Source of the DNA: Cytophagales bacterium
GTDB taxonomy: Bacteria > Bacteroidota > Bacteroidia > Cytophagales > Cyclobacteriaceae
Length of the DNA stretch: 64,000 nt
NCBI GenBank assembly: GCA_037443645.1
Contig: JBBINY010000007.1
Span: forward strand, 3,450 to 67,449
Direction of reading: 5' to 3'
Within the stretch, counting starts at the first letter, position 1. The number at the start of each line of letters is the position of its first letter. Position numbers and translations under genes: made by a program. The notes beneath the pieces were generated by a model. It was not told where the DNA came from. It ran no database searches and was given only the letters and a program-made list of their open reading frames with translations. This document shows, in pieces, positions 21,098 through 29,781 of this stretch.

Positions 21098-22426
21098 ATG
21101 GAAACGTTTGTCATTGCCATTTTTGTGATCGGATATCTGTGTATTGCGCTGGAGCATCCCATCAAAGTAAATAAAACAGCTTCGGCACTGTTAACCGGAG
21201 TAATCTGCTGGACACTCTATGCGGTTTTTCAACACGAACACATCGGGCATATTGGCGAACAACTGAATCATCACCTGGGGCAGATCGGTGCCATTCTCTT
21301 TTTCCTGATGGGCGCCATGACAATTGTTGAACTGGTGGATGCCTACCAGGGATTCCGCATCATCACCGACAGGATCAAAACACAAAATCCCAAAAAGCTG
21401 ATGTGGATTATTTGTTGGGTAACCTTTTTCCTCAGTGCCATTCTGGATAACCTCACCACCTCCATTGTAATGGTTTCGCTGCTCCGAAAATTGGTGCCCA
21501 ATAAAGAAATGCGCTTGTTCTTTGCTGCCATGGTTGTTATTGCGGCAAACGCAGGGGGTGCATGGTCGCCCATTGGTGACGTAACCACCACCATGCTGTG
21601 GATAGGAGGGCAGATTTCATCCGGCAACATTATCATGACGCTTATCCTTCCCAGCATTGTGTGTATGATAATTCCGTTGCTTTATCTGCAGTTTACGCTC
21701 AAGGGTGATCTGGGGCAGGCTTCCGGGCGCACGTCTGAACAACCCGCTCATGGCACACATGCTGCCCATGGCCATGGCGGAACCAGTGGCGCTACCGTTT
21801 ACGGTTCAAAGGCCATGTTCTTCCTGGGTATTGGTGGTTTAATTTCGGTACCCATTTTCAAAACCGTTACACACCTGCCTCCCTATCTGGGCATGTTGCT
21901 CGCTTTGGGAGTGCTGTGGGTGGTGTCGGAACTGATTAATCCCAACATGGATGAAGCTGAAAAAAGACCATATACAGCGGCAGGTGCACTGAGTCGTATT
22001 GATGTTCCGAGCGTTCTATTCTTCCTCGGCATTCTGCTTGCGGTAAGCGCCCTGGAGTCCATGGAGATTCTCCACCACTTTGCCAGTTGGCTGGATAAGG
22101 CCGTTGGAGACCAGCGTATCATCATCACGCTGATTGGTATCCTGTCATCCATCGTTGACAACGTGCCCCTGGTTGCAGCCAGCATGGGCATGTACGACAT
22201 GACCCTTTATCCTCAAGATCATTTAATTTGGGAATACCTTGCTTACTGTGCCGGTACGGGTGGTAGTGTATTGATTATCGGGTCGGCTGCCGGGGTTGCG
22301 GTAATGGGCATGGAAAAAATTGATTTCATCTGGTACATGAAAAAGGCATCGGTGTTAGCCCTCATGGGGTATTTTGCCGGAGCCATTATTTACCTGCTGA
22401 TTCAGCCCTACCTGTCGGTTCACTAA
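21098..22426 (+). CDS. nhaD: NhaD-type sodium:proton antiporter (ArsB/NhaD permease superfamily)
   Basis: 442 aa polytopic membrane protein with SAILDNLTTSIVM and SSIVDNVPLVAA repeat motifs. A His-rich central loop is present (HGTHAAHGHGG). Confidence 0.75.
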   Translation: METFVIAIFVIGYLCIALEHPIKVNKTASALLTGVICWTLYAVFQHEHIGHIGEQLNHHLGQIGAILFFLMGAMTIVELVDAYQGFRIITDRIKTQNPKKLMWIICWVTFFLSAILDNLTTSIVMVSLLRKLVPNKEMRLFFAAMVVIAANAGGAWSPIGDVTTTMLWIGGQISSGNIIMTLILPSIVCMIIPLLYLQFTLKGDLGQASGRTSEQPAHGTHAAHGHGGTSGATVYGSKAMFFLGIGGLISVPIFKTVTHLPPYLGMLLALGVLWVVSELINPNMDEAEKRPYTAAGALSRIDVPSVLFFLGILLAVSALESMEILHHFASWLDKAVGDQRIIITLIGILSSIVDNVPLVAASMGMYDMTLYPQDHLIWEYLAYCAGTGGSVLIIGSAAGVAVMGMEKIDFIWYMKKASVLALMGYFAGAIIYLLIQPYLSVH

Positions 22427-22430
22427 CCCG

Positions 22431-23657
22431 TCACACCAATTGGTTAAGCGCCTGTTCGAAGGACGTTTGGGCAATGCCCGTTTTTGAAGGATTCGCAGTG
22501 AACGTTCGTTGCAGGGCTTTTCGGATAGTTGCCGAGATATCGACAAAGATTGCCTCATCATCCATGCTTACTTCACTCTCCATAAAATAGGCAAACACAC
22601 GGGCCATTCCGCAATTCGCAATGAAATCAGGGATAACCGAAAAATTCTGATCAGCATACAACCCGGTCGCTCCAAAAAAAATTTCAGGATCGGCAAAGGG
22701 CACATTGGCCCCGCATGAAAACACTTCGAGTTTGGATCGGATCATCCGGTCGACCTGATCTTTGGTGATCAGCCGCGAAGCGGCCGCAGGGATAAAAATC
22801 TCAAACTCTTCGTCCCAGATTTTCCGGTCCAGCTCGTCAAAGGTGATGAGGTTGTCGGCCATCAGCTTGTTCTTGTGGCGATTCAGAATTAACGACCTGA
22901 TTTCTTCGCGGGTAAAGCCCTTCGGATTGATCAGGCCACCTTCCCTGCCGATAATGCCTACAATCTTCACGCCCAGGTTACTCAAATAAAAACCGGCAGC
23001 AGCACCCACATTACCCCACCCCTGAATAACCGCACGTTTTCCGGTAATGTTGCCACCCCACAGGTTGTAATAATGATTTACCGCTTCGGCCACTCCGTAG
23101 CCGGTACACATATCGGCAATCGTATATTTTTTTAAAAGCGAGGGTGTGAACCGTTCATCTTCAATTACCTTGATCACTCCGCGCCTGAGTTGGCCTATGC
23201 GGTTTACTTTCTGGGGCTCGGTGGGTTTGTAATGCCCGGTGAACACGCCTTCCTGCGGATGCCAGATGCCCACATCTTCGGTAATCGGAATAACTTCATG
23301 AATCTCATCTACATTCAAATCACCACCCGTTCCATAATAATATTTGAGCAAAGGCATAACAGCGGCATACCATCGTTTCAATACCCCCTCCTTTCGTGGA
23401 TCATTAGGGTCGAAATTTATGCCTGACTTCGCCCCGCCAATGGGCGGGCCCGAAACCGTGAATTTCACTTCCATGGTTTTAGCCAGCGACTCAACTTCGC
23501 GTTTATCAAGCCCGGCACGCATCCGTGTTCCTCCACCGGCAGCGCCACCCCGTAGCGAATTAATCACCACCCAACCCTCTGCTTCCGTTTCAGGATCTTT
23601 CCACTCAAAAACAATTTCGGGGCGTTTGCTTTCAAATTTCTGAAGGAGTCCTCTCAT
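22431..23657 (-). CDS. Glu/Leu/Phe/Val dehydrogenase family protein (probable glutamate dehydrogenase)
   Basis: ATG at 23657 chosen (MRGLLQKF...). 408 aa with the Gly-rich catalytic region GGAAGGGTRM..GGAKSG and a Rossmann GWGNVG. Substrate specificity is not resolvable by eye. Confidence 0.8.
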   Translation of the reverse strand: MRGLLQKFESKRPEIVFEWKDPETEAEGWVVINSLRGGAAGGGTRMRAGLDKREVESLAKTMEVKFTVSGPPIGGAKSGINFDPNDPRKEGVLKRWYAAVMPLLKYYYGTGGDLNVDEIHEVIPITEDVGIWHPQEGVFTGHYKPTEPQKVNRIGQLRRGVIKVIEDERFTPSLLKKYTIADMCTGYGVAEAVNHYYNLWGGNITGKRAVIQGWGNVGAAAGFYLSNLGVKIVGIIGREGGLINPKGFTREEIRSLILNRHKNKLMADNLITFDELDRKIWDEEFEIFIPAAASRLITKDQVDRMIRSKLEVFSCGANVPFADPEIFFGATGLYADQNFSVIPDFIANCGMARVFAYFMESEVSMDDEAIFVDISATIRKALQRTFTANPSKTGIAQTSFEQALNQLV

Positions 23658-23677
23658 GGGTGGATGCGATGAAGCGG

Positions 23678-23685
23678 CAAAGATA
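23678..23685 (-). promoter_or_regulatory. -7 promoter box (TATCTTTG on minus strand) for the dehydrogenase gene
   Basis: Exact TAnnTTTG match in the 43-nt gap between the anmK stop and the gene start, 20 nt upstream of the ATG. Confidence 0.45.
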
Positions 23686-23700
23686 AAATTTTTGCAGGCA

Positions 23701-24777
23701 TCAGAAACCAATAAGCACTCCGGTTGAAGAATCGCGCTGTGCACCAGTCACGCTCTTTAAACAGTTAATCTCGTTACGCACACGCAACACACCCAGGAAT
23801 CCAAACACAACCGCTTCCTTGAATTTAACCAGCGAGGGCTCCGGAATAACCAGACTTACCCGATCTCCGGCATGCTCAAGTAACCGGTACATCAGGAAAG
23901 CATTATATGCTCCACCTCCGGTGCAGAGTACAGTTTTCTTTGTACCCCCGCAGATGTTCCGGCTAATCTCAACAGCCACCGATTCGGTTACGGTTGCCAG
24001 TGCATCAGGAATTGAAATAGTTGTCTGATCAAGCAAAGGTTTTAGTTGAGTTTCAAAAATTTCTCTGCTTAGTGACGGCCGACTTCTTCTGTTCTTACTA
24101 GATACTGCTTGTAGTTTCCTGAACAGGCGTTTATCTATTGTACCGGTTGAAGCACGTTGGCCGTCTTTATCATATCGCTTGCCTTCTTGCTCGGCCAGGT
24201 AGTTCAGCGCCATGTTGGCGAAGCAAATGTCAAAGGCAACCCGTTTGTTCCGCTGTTGCATAGAACAATTGGCTATGCCCCCCAGGTTTAAACACACATC
24301 GTATTCGCCAAACAGAATATGATCACCAACTGGAACCAACGGTGCGCCCTCACCGCCCCGCATCACATCCAGGCTTCTGAAATCGCACACTACGTTTTTA
24401 CCGGTTGCGTTGTGAATAGCATTACCATCACCAATCTGAAAGGTGAATCCTTTACCTGGTTGATGGTAAACGGTATGGCCATGGGAGGAAATAAAATCTA
24501 CCTTATGGATTGCATGGTTTTTGCAAAATTCATTACACAGGTTACCGAGGTAGTGTCCGTAAAGCACATTCAATTGTATCAGCTCCTGACCGGGTAAGTG
24601 GTGTGCAGCCTGCAGTATTTTTTTCCAGGTTCGATTATAAGCAACCGTACTGGCGTGATGAATCCCATAGCGCCAATGCGATCCTTTCCGGTTAAACGAA
24701 CAATAGGCAAGATCCACACCATCGAGCGAAGTGCCAGACATGAGCCCGATAACATGGTAGGTGTTCTGATCAAGCAT
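23701..24777 (-). CDS. anmK: anhydro-N-acetylmuramic acid kinase
   Basis: 358 aa. N-terminal GLMSGTSLDGVD signature; ASKHA-fold kinase. Confidence 0.9.
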   Translation of the reverse strand: MLDQNTYHVIGLMSGTSLDGVDLAYCSFNRKGSHWRYGIHHASTVAYNRTWKKILQAAHHLPGQELIQLNVLYGHYLGNLCNEFCKNHAIHKVDFISSHGHTVYHQPGKGFTFQIGDGNAIHNATGKNVVCDFRSLDVMRGGEGAPLVPVGDHILFGEYDVCLNLGGIANCSMQQRNKRVAFDICFANMALNYLAEQEGKRYDKDGQRASTGTIDKRLFRKLQAVSSKNRRSRPSLSREIFETQLKPLLDQTTISIPDALATVTESVAVEISRNICGGTKKTVLCTGGGAYNAFLMYRLLEHAGDRVSLVIPEPSLVKFKEAVVFGFLGVLRVRNEINCLKSVTGAQRDSSTGVLIGF

Positions 24778-24869
24778 GGAAACCGTATTGTGAGCCCTGG
24801 CAATTTAACCAATCCCTCATATACCTGTGCACACGTTCAAACCGTTAACAGGGTATGCATAACCCGGGT

Positions 24870-24908
24870 GCCAAATGGTTGTGTGAGGGGTACTCATTTG
24901 GCTTTTTT
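24870..24908 (+). terminator. orphan terminator-like hairpin plus T-tract with no upstream plus-strand gene
   Basis: GCCAAATG-17 nt-CATTTGGC followed by TTTTTTG. The only neighbouring upstream gene (anmK) is on the other strand. The T-tract TTTG also sits 19 nt upstream of a near-consensus -7 box, CATATTTG (24929-24936). Confidence 0.3.
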
Positions 24909-24981
24909 GAAAACAACTTTAAAGCCTCCATATTTGCGTGCCAAAAAAGAGAATTGGCTACTATTAACGCGTTTTGCCCTG

Positions 24982-26265
24982 ATGGTCCTTACTAAATCCG
25001 GCCTTTGTACTTTCTTTTTTGCCTTGCTGATTACGGCCTCTTTTAGCCAGGCTGCGCGGTCACCATTCTCCACATTCGGGATAGGCGAGCCCTACGGTAG
25101 TGCCCTCATCCACAACCAGGGGATGGGCGGAACGGGTGTAGCACAACCCCAGTACTGGTTTCTTAACAATCAAAATCCGGCACTTCTTGTGTTTAATTAC
25201 TACACAATTTTTGAAGCCGGGTTATTGGTGGAATCAAAGACCATTAAGGGCGATACCACCAACGTAAGCAGTTCTGCTGGAAATATGAATTACCTGGCAA
25301 CCGCCTTTCCCATTAAGCCCGGGCGATGGACTACCTCTTTTGGATTAATGCCGTTTACCAACGTTAACTACAAGTTTGTTTACTACGATAGCGTACGCGA
25401 CAACAACAACATCGTGGTGGATACCATCGCCATTCAGGAGCAGGGCAGCGGAGGGTTCAATCAACTGTATTGGAGCAACGGCTTCCGCCTTCACGATAAT
25501 TGGTCCATCGGCATAAAAGCCGCATACATTTTCAGTTCCATTAATAATGATTACGCAAACACGCTTATTAACGTCAATCAGTCTGTACCTTTTTTGATTG
25601 CCGTTAAAGAGCAAACCTATGTAAGCGATTTTCTGTTTTCCGGAGGACTCTCCTATAGTAAAGATTCATTGGGCAGGCGAAATAACATCATTGTCAGTGC
25701 CGGACTCACATACAGTTTTGCTACCGACCTGAAAGCCCGGCAAACCACAACGTATGAACGAAGAACGATTTCCGGAAATCCGATAACGCTTGATACACTG
25801 GTAACCACGCGAGGTATAATCTCAATACCCTCTGAATTACAGGCGGGGTTCTCCGTAAGCAAATCGGCCAACTGGTCGGCATCGGTTGAATTCAGCATGC
25901 AGAATTGGGCTAATTTCAACAGCCTTAATGAAGACGACCTGGGCAACCTGGGCAAGGCCTGGCGGGCCTCCATTGGCGGGGAGTATACCCCTGATTACCT
26001 CTCCAGTAAGCTTTTTGACCGCATAACCTATCGCGCAGGCTTCAAATTCGAACGATATCCATTTTTGATTAATAATAACCAGCTTAAGGATTTTGGCATT
26101 AATTTTGGGTTTTCAGTGCCGACAGGCCGCTCAAGTATTGATTTGGCCTTTAGTACGGGTAAAAGAGGCAACCGGTCAGAAACCATACTGGAAGAAACAT
26201 ACTTCAAGGTTTACTTCGGGCTTACGTTTAACGATCAGTGGTTTGTACGAAGAAAATTTGATTAG
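24982..26265 (+). CDS. outer-membrane beta-barrel protein (porin/FadL-like; family uncertain)
   Basis: ATG at 24982 chosen (signal peptide MVLTKSGLCTFFFALLITASFSQA). The ORF-track start at 24598 is antisense to anmK. 427 aa with alternating beta-strand pattern and an aromatic-rich C-terminus. Confidence 0.55.
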   Translation: MVLTKSGLCTFFFALLITASFSQAARSPFSTFGIGEPYGSALIHNQGMGGTGVAQPQYWFLNNQNPALLVFNYYTIFEAGLLVESKTIKGDTTNVSSSAGNMNYLATAFPIKPGRWTTSFGLMPFTNVNYKFVYYDSVRDNNNIVVDTIAIQEQGSGGFNQLYWSNGFRLHDNWSIGIKAAYIFSSINNDYANTLINVNQSVPFLIAVKEQTYVSDFLFSGGLSYSKDSLGRRNNIIVSAGLTYSFATDLKARQTTTYERRTISGNPITLDTLVTTRGIISIPSELQAGFSVSKSANWSASVEFSMQNWANFNSLNEDDLGNLGKAWRASIGGEYTPDYLSSKLFDRITYRAGFKFERYPFLINNNQLKDFGINFGFSVPTGRSSIDLAFSTGKRGNRSETILEETYFKVYFGLTFNDQWFVRRKFD

Positions 26266-26276
26266 GAAAAAACGCT

Positions 26277-27608
26277 ATGAAAAACACCGCGATTAAATTA
26301 CTTGTTACAGGATTTTTGGGGTTACTCTCCGTTGCAACCGCTTATTCGCAATGCAAAGATTGGGCCTTCAGCGAAGGAGAAGCCAAAGCACTTGAACAGG
26401 AAAAGGTAACGTTATATACCGATGCCAAGAGCAACAACAACTTTAAACAGGCCTTACCTCCGCTGAATTGGTTGTTAAAGAACAATCCAAAACTCAATAC
26501 CAGCATTTATATTAACGGTGCTGAAATCTTTGATAAGGTCGCCAGTGCGGAAACCGATCCGGCAAAGAAGAAAGTATACATTGATTCGCTCTTGCTGATA
26601 CATGACCTGCGAATTGCCAATTGCGGTGAAGAGGCCAGTGTTTCCAACCGCAAGGCACTTATGGCTGCAAAGTATTATGCCAACGAAAATGGAAAGGAGG
26701 CGTATGTACTGTCGCTCATGGATAAAGCCATTGAATTGAACGGCAACAATACCCTGGATGGAACACTCGTTCCATATATGCAATCCACTAAAATTAACAA
26801 GCTCAAACTGAAGACGCTAACCGATGATCAGGTGCTGGAACGCTACGACAAAGTGATGTCCATTCTGGATGCCAAGATTAAAAAGGCTCAGAGCGAGGGC
26901 AAACCAATCGACAAACTTACTGCCCTGAAAGCCGATGTTGACAAGATTTTACTGAGCATGGTTACCGTCAACTGCGATTTTGTGCGCAAGAACCTGGGGC
27001 CAAAGTTCAAAGCAAACCAATCCGATATCGGTACAGCGAAGAAAATATTCGCTTTTATGCTTCAGGATAAATGTACAGACGACCCACTCTGGCTGGAGGC
27101 TGCCGAAGCCATTCACAAAGTGGAGAAGGATTACGGTCTGGCAAAAAACCTGGCTATTCGTTACCTGGCCGCAGAGAACTATGGCAAATCAGAACAACTC
27201 TTTAAAGAAGCTTTGGAGCTAGCCCCAACCAATCCGGACAAAGCCGATATCCTGCTCTATTTGGGAGCCCTGGAAGCGAAAAATGGAAACAAGGCTGGAG
27301 CACGCGAGCTGTATCGTCAAGCCGTGGCTGCCGATGGCTCTAAAAAAGAAGCCTACGAAAAAATCGGTGACTTGTACTATCAAAGCTTCTCTGATTGTGC
27401 TAAAAAAGAAAATATGGCAGCTGACAGGCTTGTTTATATTGCAGCATTCGAAATGTACCAGCGTGCGAACGATGCCAAGAAAATGGCCATGGCAAAAGAT
27501 CAGTTCCCTTCAAAGGAGGATATTTTCCTGGTAAACTGGTCAGCAGGCGACACCCAGCGTGTGGGCTGCTGGATCAACGAGAGCGTTCAGGTAAAAACAC
27601 GGGATTAA
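26277..27608 (+). CDS. tetratricopeptide-repeat (TPR) protein, exported
   Basis: 443 aa with a signal peptide ending AYSQC and a helical-repeat sequence containing TPR-like A/L/Y periodicity (LGALEAKNGNKAGARELYRQAVAAD). Confidence 0.6.
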   Translation: MKNTAIKLLVTGFLGLLSVATAYSQCKDWAFSEGEAKALEQEKVTLYTDAKSNNNFKQALPPLNWLLKNNPKLNTSIYINGAEIFDKVASAETDPAKKKVYIDSLLLIHDLRIANCGEEASVSNRKALMAAKYYANENGKEAYVLSLMDKAIELNGNNTLDGTLVPYMQSTKINKLKLKTLTDDQVLERYDKVMSILDAKIKKAQSEGKPIDKLTALKADVDKILLSMVTVNCDFVRKNLGPKFKANQSDIGTAKKIFAFMLQDKCTDDPLWLEAAEAIHKVEKDYGLAKNLAIRYLAAENYGKSEQLFKEALELAPTNPDKADILLYLGALEAKNGNKAGARELYRQAVAADGSKKEAYEKIGDLYYQSFSDCAKKENMAADRLVYIAAFEMYQRANDAKKMAMAKDQFPSKEDIFLVNWSAGDTQRVGCWINESVQVKTRD

Positions 27609-27630
27609 TCATCGGTATACAATCCTTATA

Positions 27631-27663
27631 AAAGGTCATAGGCTAACTATGGCCTTTTTGATT
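27631..27663 (+). terminator. hairpin plus T-tract between the TPR gene and the lptC-like gene
   Basis: AGGTCATAG-gctaa-CTATGGCCT (one G-U pair) followed by TTTTGATTT. It ends 3 nt before the next ATG. Confidence 0.5.
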
Positions 27664-27665
27664 TC

Positions 27666-28196
27666 ATGAAAAAAAACATTGCTATACTTCTGTTTCTTGC
27701 CGGCTCGTGTACCAGCAGTGAAAATACACAACCGCTTCTTTATGAAGGGCCTTTGCGTGAGGGTGAAAATGTGGAGCTTTACTACAGCGAAGAGCAGATT
27801 GTGAAGGTTAAAATGATTGCCGAAGTTGTTTATGAATTCCAGAATGGCGACAGGGAATTTCCAAAGGGGATAGACCTTGAGTTTTTTGATGAAACCGGTA
27901 AACTTTCGTCAACCCTCAGGGCCAACCATGCCTATTACTTTAAACAGGAGGATCAATGGCGCGCCCGGGGTAAAGTGGAAGTGATTAATCTTGAAAAGAA
28001 CGAACAACTGAATACAGAGGAATTATTTTGGAAACCCACCAAAGAAGAGATCTTCACCGAAAGTTTTGTAACCATCCGCCTTCAGAATGAGGTAATTTAT
28101 GGCGAAGGCCTCGAGGCCAAACAGGATATGTCATCCTACACCATAAAAAAGCCACAGGGCGAGTTCACCATTGAGGAGGAGTCGACACCCCGGTAG
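27666..28196 (+). CDS. lptC: LptC-like (OstA-fold) periplasmic LPS export protein
   Basis: 176 aa with lipoprotein-like N-terminus LLFLAGSC and LptC-like beta-jellyroll sequence (WRARGKVEVINLEKNEQLNTEELFW..IYGEGLEA). Sits in the TPR / LptC / hemolysin-family / PpiD arrangement that I recall as common in Bacteroidota. Confidence 0.6.
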   Translation: MKKNIAILLFLAGSCTSSENTQPLLYEGPLREGENVELYYSEEQIVKVKMIAEVVYEFQNGDREFPKGIDLEFFDETGKLSSTLRANHAYYFKQEDQWRARGKVEVINLEKNEQLNTEELFWKPTKEEIFTESFVTIRLQNEVIYGEGLEAKQDMSSYTIKKPQGEFTIEEESTPR

Positions 28197-28214
28197 CCAC
28201 ACACACAAAATCAG

Positions 28215-28222
28215 TATCTTTG
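28215..28222 (+). promoter_or_regulatory. -7 promoter box (TATCTTTG) in front of the small ORF and GldE-like gene
   Basis: Exact TAnnTTTG match with 7 nt between the box and the ATG at 28230. Confidence 0.45.
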
Positions 28223-28229
28223 CTTTCCA

Positions 28230-28385
28230 ATGAAGTTACCCGATGTGATTCTGCTTTCGCTTGCGGCAGCCTTGCTGATTATCGGAATACACCAGGTTAT
28301 GACAGCCGGTATGGGTAATGCCTATTGGGTGCTGATGCTCTCATCGGCCCTGTTTTTAATGTATGTGTACAGGAAGCGGAAATAA
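28230..28385 (+). CDS. unannotated 51-aa two-helix membrane peptide
   Basis: Manual translation: MKLPDVILLSLAAALLIIGIHQVMTAGMGNAYWVLMLSSALFLMYVYRKRK*. Preceded by its own -7 box. Its TAA overlaps the next gene's ATG (TAATG at 28383-28387). Below the 60-aa cutoff of the ORF track. Confidence 0.4.
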   Translation: MKLPDVILLSLAAALLIIGIHQVMTAGMGNAYWVLMLSSALFLMYVYRKRK

Positions 28386-29659
28386 TGGACATTCAGCTAC
28401 TGCCTTATATTGCCCTATCACTGGCTTTCTCCTTTTTCTTTTCCGGGATGGAAATCGCATACTTATCGGCCAACAAGTTGCAACTCGAATTGAAGGGCAA
28501 CCAAGGTTCACTCCCAGGAAAGATCTTTTTAAAATTTATAAAGAAGCCCTCCATGTTTATCGGCACCACGCTAATCGGCAATACGGTTGCCCTGGTATTC
28601 TATGGCATTCTGATGGCTCAATTGCTGGAGCCCGTTTTACAAACCTGGCTGCCTGAACCTGTCCGCAACGATGCATTCGTATTGGTTCTTCAAACGCTGC
28701 TATCAACTACCCTGGTGTTAATCACTGCCGAATTCCTGCCGAAGAGTATTTTTCTTTCCAATCCGAATGTTATGCTCAGTGCCCTCGCAGTTCCATTTAA
28801 CATAGTGTACTACCTGCTGTATCCTTTTGTGGCTGTGGTGGTGGCCTTTTCCCGGTTTGTTATCGTTCACGTCTTCCGAACGGAATATTCCGATGAACGA
28901 CCCGTGTACGGACTAACTGACCTGAACAATTACCTCAAGAGCATGATGAAAGTGAAACACGAAGACGAGGATGTGACACTCGATAAAAAAATTTTCCATA
29001 ATGCGCTTGAGTTCAAAACTGTGAAAGTGCGCGACTGCATGATACCGCGAACAGAAATTGTAGCAGTGGATCTGCAAGACGGAATTGACCGCCTGACTAA
29101 GGCGTTTGTTGAAACCGGCCATTCAAAAATTCTGGTGTATAAAGACTCCATCGATGAGGTAATCGGTTACTGCCATTCTTCAGGGCTCTTCAGGAAACCC
29201 GCAACCATTGAAGAAATGCTTACCCCGATTATCAACGTGCCTGAAACAACCCTGGCAAACGAACTCATGCTTCAGTTTATCAGGGAACGAAAAAGCCTGG
29301 CCGTGGTGGTCGATGAATTTGGCGGCACTTCAGGCATCGTTAGCATGGAAGACGTAATTGAAGAAATCTTCGGGGAAATTGAAGATGAGCACGATCAGGA
29401 TGACCTGGTGGAACAGAAACTGGATGCACGAACATGGCTTTTAAGCGCCCGGATTGAAATCGATTACCTGAATGAAACATACGGCTGGAACTTACCCACC
29501 GGAGAATACGATACCCTTGGAGGACTTATCCTGGCATATGCCGAAGACATTCCCGAAGCCGGTGAAACAATAACCGTACACCCATTTACATTCACCGTGC
29601 AGTCAACCCTTGATAACCGGATTGATACCATTAAGGTGACATTGCCTGAAGACATCTGA
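28385..29659 (+). CDS. hemolysin/CorC-family membrane protein (DUF21 - CBS pair - CorC_HlyC), GldE-like
   Basis: ATG at 28385 (MDIQLLPYIAL...). 424 aa with an N-terminal 4-TM DUF21-like region, CBS pair and C-terminal transporter-associated domain. Confidence 0.85.
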   Translation: MDIQLLPYIALSLAFSFFFSGMEIAYLSANKLQLELKGNQGSLPGKIFLKFIKKPSMFIGTTLIGNTVALVFYGILMAQLLEPVLQTWLPEPVRNDAFVLVLQTLLSTTLVLITAEFLPKSIFLSNPNVMLSALAVPFNIVYYLLYPFVAVVVAFSRFVIVHVFRTEYSDERPVYGLTDLNNYLKSMMKVKHEDEDVTLDKKIFHNALEFKTVKVRDCMIPRTEIVAVDLQDGIDRLTKAFVETGHSKILVYKDSIDEVIGYCHSSGLFRKPATIEEMLTPIINVPETTLANELMLQFIRERKSLAVVVDEFGGTSGIVSMEDVIEEIFGEIEDEHDQDDLVEQKLDARTWLLSARIEIDYLNETYGWNLPTGEYDTLGGLILAYAEDIPEAGETITVHPFTFTVQSTLDNRIDTIKVTLPEDI

Positions 29660-29731
29660 TTCGCCTTCGATTCCTTAGGAATCAACTAATTAAAATCAAA
29701 TCGCAGCGTTTCAAACGATTTTAAAAGCGGT

Positions 29732-29761
29732 TTTGCCATTGAAAAAACTGGGTTAAATTTG
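29732..29761 (+). promoter_or_regulatory. canonical Bacteroidota promoter (TTTG-N18-TAAATTTG) for the PpiD-like gene
   Basis: -33 TTTG at 29732-29735 and an exact -7 box TAAATTTG at 29754-29761, 20 nt upstream of the ATG at 29782. Confidence 0.55.
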
Positions 29762-29781
29762 CGGTCTTTAAAAATTACGAT

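Noticed and set aside
24598-24981. 128-codon N-terminal extension of the outer-membrane-protein ORF as given in the ORF track.
   Set aside because: The extension is antisense to the 5' part of anmK and spans the promoter-like region. A signal peptide begins right at the internal ATG at 24982.
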